Positions 53,499 to 64,000 of a stretch of 64,000 nt of DNA are shown here, one piece after another (the first letter of the stretch is position 1; each line of letters begins with the position of its first letter). The stretch spans positions 2,470,689-2,534,688 of the forward strand of contig NC_081369.1 of NCBI RefSeq assembly GCF_030684315.1, in the 5' to 3' direction. Below the pieces are notes generated by a model. That model was not told the origin of the DNA. It made no database searches and saw nothing but the letters and a program-made list of their open reading frames with translations. This DNA is from Stegostoma tigrinum (lineage: Eukaryota). The position numbers were made by a program, and so were the translations under genes.

Positions 53499-54154
53499 GA
53501 TAATAAAATGTGAGGCTGGATGAACACAGCAGGCCCAGCAGCATCTCAGGAGCACAAAAGCTGACGTTTCGGGCCTAGACCCTTCATCAGAGAGGGGGAC
53601 GGGGTGAGGGTTCTGGAATAAATAGGGAGAGAGGGGGAGGCGGACCGAAGATGGAGAGAAAAGAAGATAGGTAGAGAGGAGAGTATACGTGGGGAGGTAG
53701 GGAGGGGATAGGTCAGTCCAGGGAAGACGGACAGGTCAAGGAGGTGGGATGAGGTTAGTAGGTAGGAGTTAGAGGTGCGGCTTGGGGTGGGAGGAAGGGA
53801 TGGGTGAGAGGAAGAACAGGTTAGGGAGGCAGAGACAGGTTGGACTTGTTTTGGGATGCAGTGGGTGGAGGGGAGGAGCTGGCCTGTCTGTCTTCCCTGG
53901 ACTGACCTATCCCCTCCCTACCTCCCCACCTATACTCTCCTCTCCACCTATCTTCTTTTCTCTCCATCTTCGGTCCGCCTCCCCTTCTCTCCCTATTTAT
54001 TCCAGAACCCTCACCCCATCCCCCTCTCTGATGAAGGGTCTAGGCCCGAAACGTCAGCTTTTGTGCTCCTGAGATGCTGCTGGGCCTGCTGTGTTCATCC
54101 AGCCTCACATTTTATTATCTTGGATTCTCCAGCATCTGCCGTTCCCATTATCAC
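53499..54154. mobile_element. Penelope 3'-end fold-back insertion (~655 bp)
   Basis: Two inverted copies of the PLE 3' end joined at ~53883; 15-bp TSD tgccttgg(a/g)ttattg at 53485-53499 and 54155-54169. Confidence 0.9.
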
Positions 54155-54323
54155 TGCCTTGGGTTATTGGTGGGAAGGCTCTTTTGCTGACCTTTGAATT
54201 GTCTTGTTCCAAGGTACCAGTGTGTATCATTTAAATACTACAGCAGGCTTTTGCATTTTGTTTTAATCCTTGTCGACCATTTTGTGCTTCAAATGTGCGC
54301 TGCTTTGGTGAAGCAGATATGGG

Positions 54324-55960
54324 TCACTTTGTTTGGATGAGTACAGGCCACCCCCACACTTCTTTCGCAATAGTGTAACTGACATTTGCTGGAAATGAGG
54401 TTGAAACATGATGCACTTGACAAGTGTAAACTGTTTCACATTTGACTGCCTCTGACACCTCTAAAGTGCTGACAACCTCAAAATCTGTTGATGTTTACAT
54501 GTTGTTCATTTCTAAATTCAGTCAAGACTTTTATATTGTTTTTGTGCCAAGTAAAATTAAAGGCTTTTGGGTAAAGGACAGAAGTCCTGCACTGCAGAAT
54601 TAAAGAATCGTCTTGTCATGGTACTGGCATAATTTTCAGGGGAGCTGGTGAAATTATGTTGTAAATAGCACAATTGAGACAAATCTAAAGATCTGAATCC
54701 TACTGCAAAGCTTCAATGATTTAATGAACAAAATATCTGTAATTTCGGTGACATAGTTTCTGCATCAGAATTCACTCCTTGCTTGGAGAAAATATCACAT
54801 TTAACATATTGCAAACTTCTGCACCCCTAAAGCAATTGATACAGTATTTTCAAGTTCAGCCACATTAGTTTCTTACAATACACATGTTAATTATCACAAA
54901 TATATTAGTGATGTCGCTCTGCATTCTTCTCGTAACAACTGGATTGTGGATTGTAGAAACTGCAACAGCCACAGTGCAAATGATGGGGACAGCAATTAGA
55001 TATGGGATATTCAAAATATCCAACGTTGCAGGTAATATCTGTATCGTTTCAATTGTTTCCCAATGCTTAGATTAGAAAGAGGGCTCTGGAACTATTTTCA
55101 TTAGAGTTTAGAAGGATGAGTGGGATCTAATTGAAATTTTCAGAAAACTGAATGGCGTGGACACAGTGGATGTTGGGAAGATGCTTCCATTCATAGGAAA
55201 GATTAGGATCCAAGGGCACAGCCTTAGGGTAAAGGCAATACCTTTTAGAACGAAGATAATGAGATGCTTCTTCAGCCAGAGAATTGTGAATCTGTGAAAT
55301 TCGCTGCCAAGGCAGGCCGTGGAGACCAGGTCATTGAGTACATTTAAGACTAAGGTAGATAAGTTCTTGATGATCAAGGGGATCAAGGGTTATAGGGAGA
55401 AAGCAGGAGAATGGGGATGAGGAACTTCTCAGTTGAATTGATTGAATGGTGGAGCAGTTCGATGGGCCAAATGGCCTAACATCTGCTCCTATGTTTGATT
55501 TTGAAGGAGAAAGGGCTGAGGATGAGAACTGGTGAAACTCTCTTTGTGGTGATTCACCTAAAATCCGGTTTTAATTTGGCTGAAATACCCACAGCAACTA
55601 TCAACCAAGGAAACACACCGAGATTAAACAAGAATGATGGTCTGTCCAAATAACATCCTTGTTCCAGGTCATTGATGCAACAGCAATTTACTTTTGCCTA
55701 ATTGACTAATTCTCAAATTTTAAAATTATTATCCTCATTGAATGTCATTTTTTCTTCCCCCAAACACAGCAGTAAATGAGTTCTATGTATACTTAACATG
55801 CAAAAAACCCTCACAAAATTAATAATAACAAAATTAACTGTCCACGTAGTTTTCCAATCTAGCTTTAAGCCCACATTGCGACTTAATTATGAACAGTTAA
55901 TACTAAGCTAAAAAAAAATGCCCCTGTACACGCAATGCACAGCATACAGACACGCTGTTG
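54324..55960 (-). pseudogene. V-C1 pseudogene D: leader remnant ~55925-55960, 5' part of V 55597-55499 (rest deleted at a CR1 insertion), C1 ~54652-54361
   Basis: C1 SPAPLKIMPVP*..ILQCRTSVLYPKAFNFTWHKNN..FEVVSTLEV..VYTCQVHHVSTSFPANVSYT; inverted homologue of pseudogene C. Confidence 0.85.
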
Positions 55961-57308
55961 TGAATAACGCATGGACAAATCGATAGTGAAAATGTAAGAC
56001 AACACAATGTGGAGCTGGAGGAAAACATCACGCCAGGCGGTATCAGATGAACCAAAAAGTTGACGTTTCAGCTTGGGATTATTGTTCATCTTCTGATGTT
56101 ACCTGACCTGTTGTTGTCCTCCAGCTCCACATTGTGTTGTTTCTGATTCCAGCATATGCAGTTATTGCTATCTCCGAAAATCTGAGACTGCCAGTTGTGT
56201 CTGAGAACAGCATTGATTATTAAATATTGTTCTCTATATCTAATTTAATCACGTATTTGATTTCAGAGGTCATGGAGTCAGATTTAGAGACTTTTAAGCA
56301 ATTCTTGGATAAGCACATGGAGGATAGTAAATTGTAGGGTAGATTGATCTTAGTAGGTTAATAGGTCACCACAACAATGTGGGTCAAAGGGCCTGAACTG
56401 TGCTGTACTGTTCTATGTTCTATGTTCTATGTTTGATGTATAACTGGAAAACACTTCAACAAACTGTATACTGTTACTCCTTCCAAATTTAGATGGGCTT
56501 CAGTCTGGTTTCACAGGTCAGCGCAACATTGAGGACTGAAGGGCCTGAACTATGCTGTAATGTTCTGTGTTCTACGTTCCATTAACTGAGGCAAATGTTC
56601 AGGCAACTTACCCAACCTGAACTTGCTGATGGGGAAAGAACGCATAAGTGGTGGTTGTGTCAATGAAATGTAACATACAGCCCAGAGCTTTTCTCATGTT
56701 TTTGTTTTGCTCTTTCAGATTGGAGAAATGACTTGGACATTAACCAGAAGAAGCAACAATTGAATTTACTGCACAGGGCAGGTGGATTGCACTCCCCTGG
56801 CAGTTCTCCTTGTGTTGACTCTGACTCCAGCATCTGCAGTTCTTGCTACCTCTCAACAACAGGGAAGAAGCTGTTCCTGAAACTGTTGGTGCATGTATTC
56901 ACAAAAATAAAACAAGAAAAAGACTCAAGATTGAAAATGCTCAAAGCACTCTGACTGAAATAAACAAATCGAGACCACGCATTGATGTAAATAAGCATGA
57001 TTAATAGTCATCCTGTAGACATGACTGTAAGTTGGCAAATATTGTGTACTGATTATTGAGGAGTGCACAACACTAAATAAGAACAGGACACCAGGTGATG
57101 GAGGATGGTGTCCCACTGTTAGAGTTAGAGTTATGAATGCTTAAGAATGGCCATGGTCAAGAAACCATGATGATGCGTCAGTTTGAGTAGGAAAGAGGAA
57201 CAGTAGCAGAAAGAATCAACAGCGTGATTGGTCTAGACGATAACAAACAGTAATCACAAAGTGGGACAGAACATTCCAGGTGATAGATTGAGTAAGATAT
57301 TCTGGAAA

Positions 57309-58755
57309 TCAAAAACAAAAACAAAATTTGTTGGTAAAGCTTGACAGGTCTAGCAGCATCAGTGGAGAGAAAGCAGAGTTCACAGTTTGGTTCCAGCGAC
57401 CCTTTTTCAAAAAGGATTTTATCTCAGAAAATAATATGTAAAACATCTGCTGAAGATGGGATAGGAGAGGAAGGAGGGGGAAACAATAACTGGAGATGGA
57501 GCCCAGAGAGAAAACAACAGTTAGACAGACAAAGATCGGGTAAAGATCAGCCATAGCGAATCAATACCTACTAATATGGACTATTAGTAGCTGACCATCG
57601 ATAGCAGTCAGTGTGATGACATGGCCTAGTTTGTGGGGGTTGGGGCAAGGACATGGAGGAAGGTGCTCAAGTCATAAACTTATTTAACTCAATATTGATT
57701 CCTAAAGGCTGCAAGGTTCCCAAGAGGAAAATGAGATGCTGTTCTTCCAGTCCATGCTCAGTTTCGCTGGAGCGCTGCAGCAACTGAGACAAAGATGCTC
57801 GCCAGGGAGCACAGTGGTACATTCAAGTGGCAAGCAACAGGAAACTCGGGGTCATTTTTGTGGACAGGATGGAAGTGTTTCACCAAGTGGGTCATCCAGA
57901 AACTGTTTTGTCTCCCTAGTACAAGGGATACCATGGAGTGAACAACAAATATAGGCGACTTGATTGAGGGAAATATAGTTCAATCGCTGCTTCACTTGGG
58001 AGGTTTGTTGGGCCATTGGATAGTGAGGGGGACGGAAATAAATGGGCAGGTGTTTTACCTTCTGCGATTGCAGTGGAAGGTACTGTTGTGAGGTGGGGGT
58101 GGTGTGGTGGGGGCAGTTGCTGGTCATGGACCAAGGTGTCCCAGAGGGAAAGGTCCCTGCAGAACGCTGACAAAGAAGAGGAAGTGAATAGATATCTGAT
58201 GATGTTATTCCACTGGAGGTGGCAGAAATGGCGGCTAATGATCCTTTGGATGTGCATGAGAGTGGGATGGTAAGTGAGGACCAGGGGAACTTGGCTTTCT
58301 GCAGTGCCCCAGCAAACTCAGCACAACCTGGAAGAATAACATTTCCTTTTCCACTTGAGGACCCTGCAGCCTTTGGGACTTGATATTGTGCTCAATAATT
58401 TTCAGGTTTAAGCACCGTTTCCCATGCTTTTATCCTAATCTGCACACACCAGGCCTTGTCATCACATGGGCTGCTAATGATTGCAGCTACTAATGGTCCT
58501 CATTAGCAGATAATTATTCTCCCAGGCTGACCTTTACCCACTCCTTTGTCTGCTCAATTTCTATTCTCTGTATCTGGGCACCAACTCCACCCACCATTTA
58601 TTCCATATCCACTCCCCATTCCATCCTCAGCATATATATGAACCTTTCCCTTGTTACGTTCAGTTGTGAAGAAGGGTCACTGAGCACAAACCATTCACTC
58701 TGCTTTCTATTCCACAGACGTTCCAGATCTGCTAAGTCCCTCCAGAAAGTTGTGC
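57309..58755. mobile_element. Old Penelope fold-back of a second subfamily
   Basis: Minus arm with degenerate GIY-YIG (57700-58290) and plus arm 58295-58755 ending in an inverted copy of the same terminus. Confidence 0.7.
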
Positions 58756-60659
58756 TATTATATAAGAAATATTGATTGTTTGCAATTAAGGTACACCAAT
58801 AGTAATGGGTAAGTTTAATCTCTGAAAATTGCCTGAAATAAAATGAGATTCGAGAGAGGGTGAACAGTTTGGCCGATACCCATAGGATTTTATTCATGTC
58901 AGATTATGCATCATTTGTATTGAGACAATTAGATGGGACATTCGTGGAGCAGACGCTAAGTGGATGGCTGTCCTGGAGACTCAAATTCAACCAGTCTAAA
59001 AATAAGAGTCTCATTGCTGAGGTAGGTATGACTTTTTCCCTTCTGTCAGAGGATCATTAGCTCTTGAACTTCTCTTTCATGGAAAGCAGTAGATGCAGGA
59101 CAATTGAATATTTTCAGGTTGCTTTAGATCATTTCTGGATACAGTTGGAGCCAATGAATGTGACACAGGAAACTGGAGATTGAGACCACACTCAGATCGG
59201 ATATCTTCTCATCCAATCAGATATGATCACAGCCTGAAAGAGCAGAATTTCACTCCTGCACTTAACTCTCATGTTCCTATTTTCCATATTCCTTCATACA
59301 ACTGCTGTTTGGCAGGGGTTATCTAGCAACTAAATATGATATGGTTCATAGTTGCTAACATATGCAGTGTAAACAAAACAACAGCCATTCTGCTACAACA
59401 ACCTATGCCTGGTTTTGCTCCTGCTACTCCCTCCTCTTTTTCATTGAGCCAGTTTCGATCACTGTGGTCATGTTTAGCAATTCTGTCGTGGATAGATGCT
59501 TCTGCAACTGACGGGCTGGTGAAGGTGAGCTCAAGTGCAGATTCTTTCCCACAAATTGACAGCCCAGTCCTGGGCTGTTCAGTGTTCAGCATGTACCTCA
59601 TTCAATACCTTACAAATGCCACAGAAAAGGGTTGAAGGTATCTGTTAGATCTCACATTTTCAACGAGAGTCTGAATTGCGGGAGAGATTCTGGTGACGTT
59701 TATTTGTGATTTACAGCTCAGTTACAGCATACAACAAAAAGGATCAGGAAAGAAAAACAGCACAAAGGCATCTTAACTCATACAATTTAAATGTTGGCTG
59801 CACTCACACTGCACCCCCCAGTACTTTAATTACTATTGGTCAGCAATGCCAAGTTGCCCATCTGTAATTGACTCTTGGCTTGCTAATTACTGAGATGTGC
59901 TTGGTGTACATCTCTGATCATGATGTTCTCACAGACCTTCTTATTTACCTACTCCATGTTAATTGGCGATTAATTAGATCAAGAATTTTTAAATTTCTCA
60001 TTACAGGGAATACAAAAGTTGCAATGATAAGGGGGAGATATTTTTCCTGTGTGAAAATAGTTTAAATCATTTGGTGAATTTTCAGCATATCACAGATTGA
60101 TTAAATATTTGAAGAGAAACAATGAATTCTGCAACTTTGACTTGTTCGCTGCTATGCAAAGTACTGTTATTTTATCAAATGTTACATGTTGTCAGCTATA
60201 TTCTTATGAGAATGATTGTGCATTCAGCAACCTTGAGAAATGTTACTGTCAGCATTAGCTATGGGCAGCCCTAACAGCTATTTTGTGACTCAGTTATGGG
60301 CATCCCTAACAATCCCTGCTTTGAAACCCCCTCAAGCAAATCACAAAGCGAAAAAGTATATAGCTACATACACAGGATTGATTTATTAAGCTGGAATGAT
60401 TGTCTCACGGGTTGCTTTTCTTTCAGGAGTCTGACCTGCAGATCAACAGTAGAAATGACCTGTTGCCAACAACATTTGATTCATAAAAACAAACACTACA
60501 AAATGAGAATTACGACAACAAATACCAGTATACCCAGCACCAGGAATGTTCCTAAAGACCCCAATCATCTTGGAGCCGAACTACACAGAGTGGCGGATAA
60601 TAAAATGTGAGGCTGGATGAACACAGCAGGCCCAGCAGCATCTCAGGAGCACAAAAGCT

Positions 60660-60687
60660 GACGTTTCGGGCCCAGACCCTTCATCAG
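60660..60687 (-). ncRNA. Minimal hammerhead ribozyme motif (also - 30890-30917, 53563-53590; mutated at 47615-47642)
   Basis: Reverse complement reads CTGATGAAGGGTCTGGGCCCGAAACGTC. Confidence 0.7.
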
Positions 60688-63081
60688 AGAGGGGGATGGG
60701 GTGAGGGTTCTGGAATAAATAGGGAGAGAGGGGGAGGCGGACCGAAGATGGAGAGAAAAGAAGATAGGTGGGGAGGAGAGTATAGGTGGGGAGGTAGGGA
60801 GGGAATAGGTCAGTCCAGGGAAGACGGACAGGTCAAGGAGGTGGGATGAGGTTAGTAGGTAGGAGATGGAGGTGCGGCTTGGCGTGCGAGGAAGGGATGG
60901 GTGAGAGGAAGAACAGGTTAGGGAGGCAGAGACAGTTTGGAACGGTTTTGGGATGCAGTGGGTGGAGGGGAAGAGCTGGGCTGCTTGTGTGGTGCAGTGG
61001 GGGGAGGGGACGAACTGGGCTGGTTTAGGGATGCGGTGGGGAAGGGGAGATTTTCAAGCTGGTGAAGTCCACATTGATACCATTGGGCTGCGGGGTTCCC
61101 AAGCGGAATATGAGTTGCTGTTCCTGCAACCTTCAGGTGGCATCATTGTGGCACTGCAGGAGGCCCATGATGGACATGTCATCTAAAGAATGGGAGGGGG
61201 AGTGGAAATGGTTTGCGACTGGGAGGTGCAGTTGTTTATTGCGAACTGAGCTGAGGTGTTCTGCAAAGCGGTCCCCAAGCCTCCGCTTGGTTTCCCCAAT
61301 GTAGAGGAAGCCACACCGGGTACAGTGGATGCAGTATACCACATTGGCAGATGTGCAGGTGAACCTCTGCTTAATGTGGAAATTCATCTTGTGGCCTGGG
61401 ATAGGGGTGAGGGAGGAGGTGTGGGGGCAAGTGTAGCATTTCCTGCGGTTGCAGGGGAAGGTGCCGGGTGTGGTGCGGTTGGAGGGCAGTGTGGAGTCAA
61501 CAAGGGAGTCATGGAGACAGTGGTCTCTCCAGAAAGCAGACAGGGGTGGGGATGGAAAAATGTCTTGGCTGGTGGGGTCGGATTGTAGATGGCGGAGGCG
61601 TCGGAAGATGATGCGTTGTATCTGGAGGTTGGTGGGATGGTGTGTGAGAACGAGGGGGATCCTCTTAGGGCGGTTGTGGCGGGGGCGGGGTGTGAGGGAT
61701 GTGTTGCGGGAAATGCAGGAGATGCGGTCAAGAGCGTTCTCGACCACTGTGGGGGGAAAGTTGCGGTCCTTGAAGAACTTGGACATCTGGGATGTGCGGG
61801 AGTGGAATGCCTCATCGTGGGAGCAGATGCAGCGGAGGTGGAGGAATTGGGAATAGGGGATGGAATTTTTGCAGGAGGGTGGGTGGGAGGAGGTGTATTC
61901 TAGGTAGCTGTGGGAGTCGGTGGGCTTGAAATGGACATCAGTTACAAGCTGGTTGCCTGAGATAGAGACTGAGAGATCCAGGAAGGTGAGGGATGTGCTA
62001 GTGATGGCCCAGGTGAACTGAAGGTTGGGGTGGAGGGAGTTGGTGAAGTGAATGAACTGTTCGAGCTCCTCTGGGGAGCAAGAGGCGGCGCCGATACAGT
62101 CATCAATGTAACGGAGGAAAAGGTGGGGTTTGGGGCCTATGTGGGTGTGGAAGAGGGACTGTTCCATGCAACCTACAAAGAGGCAGGCATAGCTGGGGCC
62201 CATGCGGGTGCCCATGGCCACCCCCTTAGTCTGTAGGAAGTGGGAGGAATCGAAAGAGAATTTGTTGAGGGTGAGGATGAGTTCGGCTAGGCGGATGAGG
62301 GTGTCGGTGGAGGCGGACTGGTCGGGCCTGAGGAACAGGAAGAAGCGGAGGGCCTTGAGGCCATCTGCATGCGGAATGCAGGTGTATAGGGACTGGACGT
62401 CCATGGTGAAAATGAGGTGTTGGGGGCCAGGGAATTGGAAGTCCTGGAGGGGGTGGAGGGCATTGGTGGTGTCACGGACGTAGGTGGGGAGTTCCTGGAC
62501 CAAAGGGGAGAAAATGGCTTGGTTTGCAATAAACAACTGCACCTCCCAGTCGTAAACCATTTCCACTCCCCCTCCCATTCTTTAGATGACATGTCCATCG
62601 TGGGCCTCCTGCAGTGCCACAATGATGCCACCTGAAGGTTGCAGGAACAGCAACTCATATTCCGCTTGGGAACCCCGCAGCCCAATGGTATCAATGTGGA
62701 CTTCACCAGCTTCAAAATCTCCCCTTCCCCCACCGCATCCCTAAACCAGCCCAGTTCGTCCCCTCCCCCCACTGCACCACACAAGCAGCCCAGCTCTTCC
62801 CCTCCACCCACTGCATCCCAAAACCAGTCCAAACTGTCTCTGCCTCCCTAACCTGTTCTTCCTCTCACCCATCCCTTCGTCCCACCCCAAGCCGCACCTC
62901 CATCTCCTACCTACTAACCTCATCCCACCTCCTTGACCTGTCCATCTTCCCTGGACTGACCTATCCCCTCCCTACCTCCCCACCTATACTCTCCTCCCCA
63001 CCTATCTTCTTTTCTCTCCATCTTCGGTCCGCCTCCCCCTCTCTCCCTATTTATTCCAGAACCCTCACCCCATCCCCCTCT

Positions 63082-63109
63082 CTGATGAAGGGTCTAGGCC
63101 CGAAACGTC
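63082..63109 (+). ncRNA. Minimal hammerhead ribozyme motif in a Penelope terminus (also + 3969-3996, 22946-22973, 27638-27665, 54028-54055)
   Basis: CTGATGA-a-GGGTctagGCCC-GAAA-C-GTC: core CUGANGA/GAAA, stem II, self-complementary ACGU stem III, GUC cleavage triplet; stem I is very short. Confidence 0.7.
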
Positions 63110-64000
63110 AGTGTTTGTGCTCCTGAGATGCTGCTGGGCCTGCTGTGTTCATCCAGCCTCACATTTTATTACCTTGGATTGTCCAGCATCTGCAGTTCCC
63201 ATTATCACTTACACAGAGCGGCGGTTGGGCGTTGTTTTGGTTTATTCATATCTTTTCAGATATGCATTGCTAAATGAGTGACTGTTCTGAAAGTTATCTG
63301 AGCTACAATTTGGCCTAACTGGGCACAAGTGCTTCCCTTTTCAGCCAGTATCCAAACATGTGCCATTCTATTCTGTCACGCTTTTTTACAGACGGCTGCA
63401 ATTTCAGCATTTATTTTGATCCAAGGCCCCTGCAGTATCATTGGGCACCTGTTCTAGGTTATCTATCATGTTGATAGATTGCCTCGTCAGTTTTACAGTT
63501 CTGTCTGAGCGTATCGAAATGCCAATGAATTTCTCTGTCTCTCTAATGGCTGTTGTAAATATTAGCCAATGGTGTATCACAGGGAGGGAGAACAAATAAT
63601 GGGCAAATAGGTGGCAAAAAACTCAAGTAACACAATCCTGTCCATGATGAATTTTACACTTGCTGTATCCCATTTCCAGCCCTCTCGTCCGGGTCTTACG
63701 TAAACATAACTCTCCTGTTTGACCTCCCCATTCCAGAGGGTAAGGATCAAGAAAGGAGGTTATTGTGAGGTGCTATAATGAGGCTGATCCCAGCTTTAAA
63801 AGGCTGCCAGGGGCATTCTGGCAAATTAGCCCAACAAGTTGTCCATCTGTTTTGGCTCACTCCTGCACGTAGATTACAACACTCAGTGTTCCTCATCCTT
63901 CCCTTGGGCATGATTTAGAGTTTCTCCCAATAAACTTTCACTGTGGAAGAGGCGCCTTGTGTTTCAATGAAGGCTTGCTTCAAGGTGGCCTGGGACTGTG

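Larger units (their letters stand above)
60596..63208. mobile_element. Penelope-like element, fold-back: minus arm 60596-62517 (RT + GIY-YIG), plus arm ~62517-63208
   Basis: ORF 61133-62578: MDVQSLYTCIP, GVAMGTRMGPSYA, RYIDD (PLE RT) and NVVYCIHC..YIGETKRRLGDRFAEH (GIY-YIG); 15-bp TSD tacacagag(t/c)ggcgg at 60582-60596 and 63210-63224. Confidence 0.93.
60400..64000 (-). mobile_element. env: Decayed endogenous retrovirus env (gamma-type TM subunit), interrupted by a Penelope insertion
   Basis: Manual translation: SU-end motif WTGLCYL (63644-63624), heptad region NMIDNLEQVPNDTAGALDQ/INAEIAAV, ISD-like QNRMAHVWILAEKGSTCAQLG (63375-63313), membrane anchor LGSLGTFLVLGILVFVVVILIL (~60570-60500); several stops and frameshifts. 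Confidence 0.8.

Noticed and set aside
59323-59635. Similar ORFs at 25365-25610 and 59323-59635 as a conserved small gene
   Set aside because: The similarity is explained by the segmental duplication; part is a LINE endonuclease scrap (LTFTSPSVAEASIHDRIAKHDH).
60440-60596. Hydrophobic segment as the TM exon of another Ig receptor or a type II lectin
   Set aside because: After excising the PLE it is continuous with the retroviral ISD region, so it is better explained as the Env anchor.
61133-62578. 481-aa ORF as an intact autonomous PLE protein
   Set aside because: Its first ~20 aa come from the antisense of the other fold-back arm; the true N-terminal part of the PLE ORF is missing.

Overview
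Eukaryotic, repeat-rich genomic DNA, most likely from a shark or other elasmobranch (HE1-type V-SINEs, CR1/HER1-type LINEs, Penelope-like elements). Its backbone is a birth-and-death cluster of non-rearranging immunoglobulin-superfamily receptor genes with leader, single-exon V, C1, TM and cytoplasmic exons. One apparently intact 6-exon gene on the minus strand (45617->38001, 334 aa) encodes V + C1 + a TM segment containing Arg + a tail with an ITIM (LTYAAL). Four disabled paralogues lie at about 680-2768 (-), 7242-7730 (+), 27760-29856 (+) and 54324-55960 (-). The last two sit in the arms of an old inverted segmental duplication (about 25-37 kb vs 49.7-64 kb) that brackets the intact gene. 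The window also holds a decayed endogenous retrovirus env (ISD and membrane anchor recognisable), LTRs, a Tx1 LINE inserted in an LTR TATA box, and many Penelope-derived insertions (0.12-2.6 kb, mostly fold-back) with 12-16 bp TSDs and minimal hammerhead-ribozyme motifs. Exon models were built by hand from splice signals and translation; no database searches were possible.
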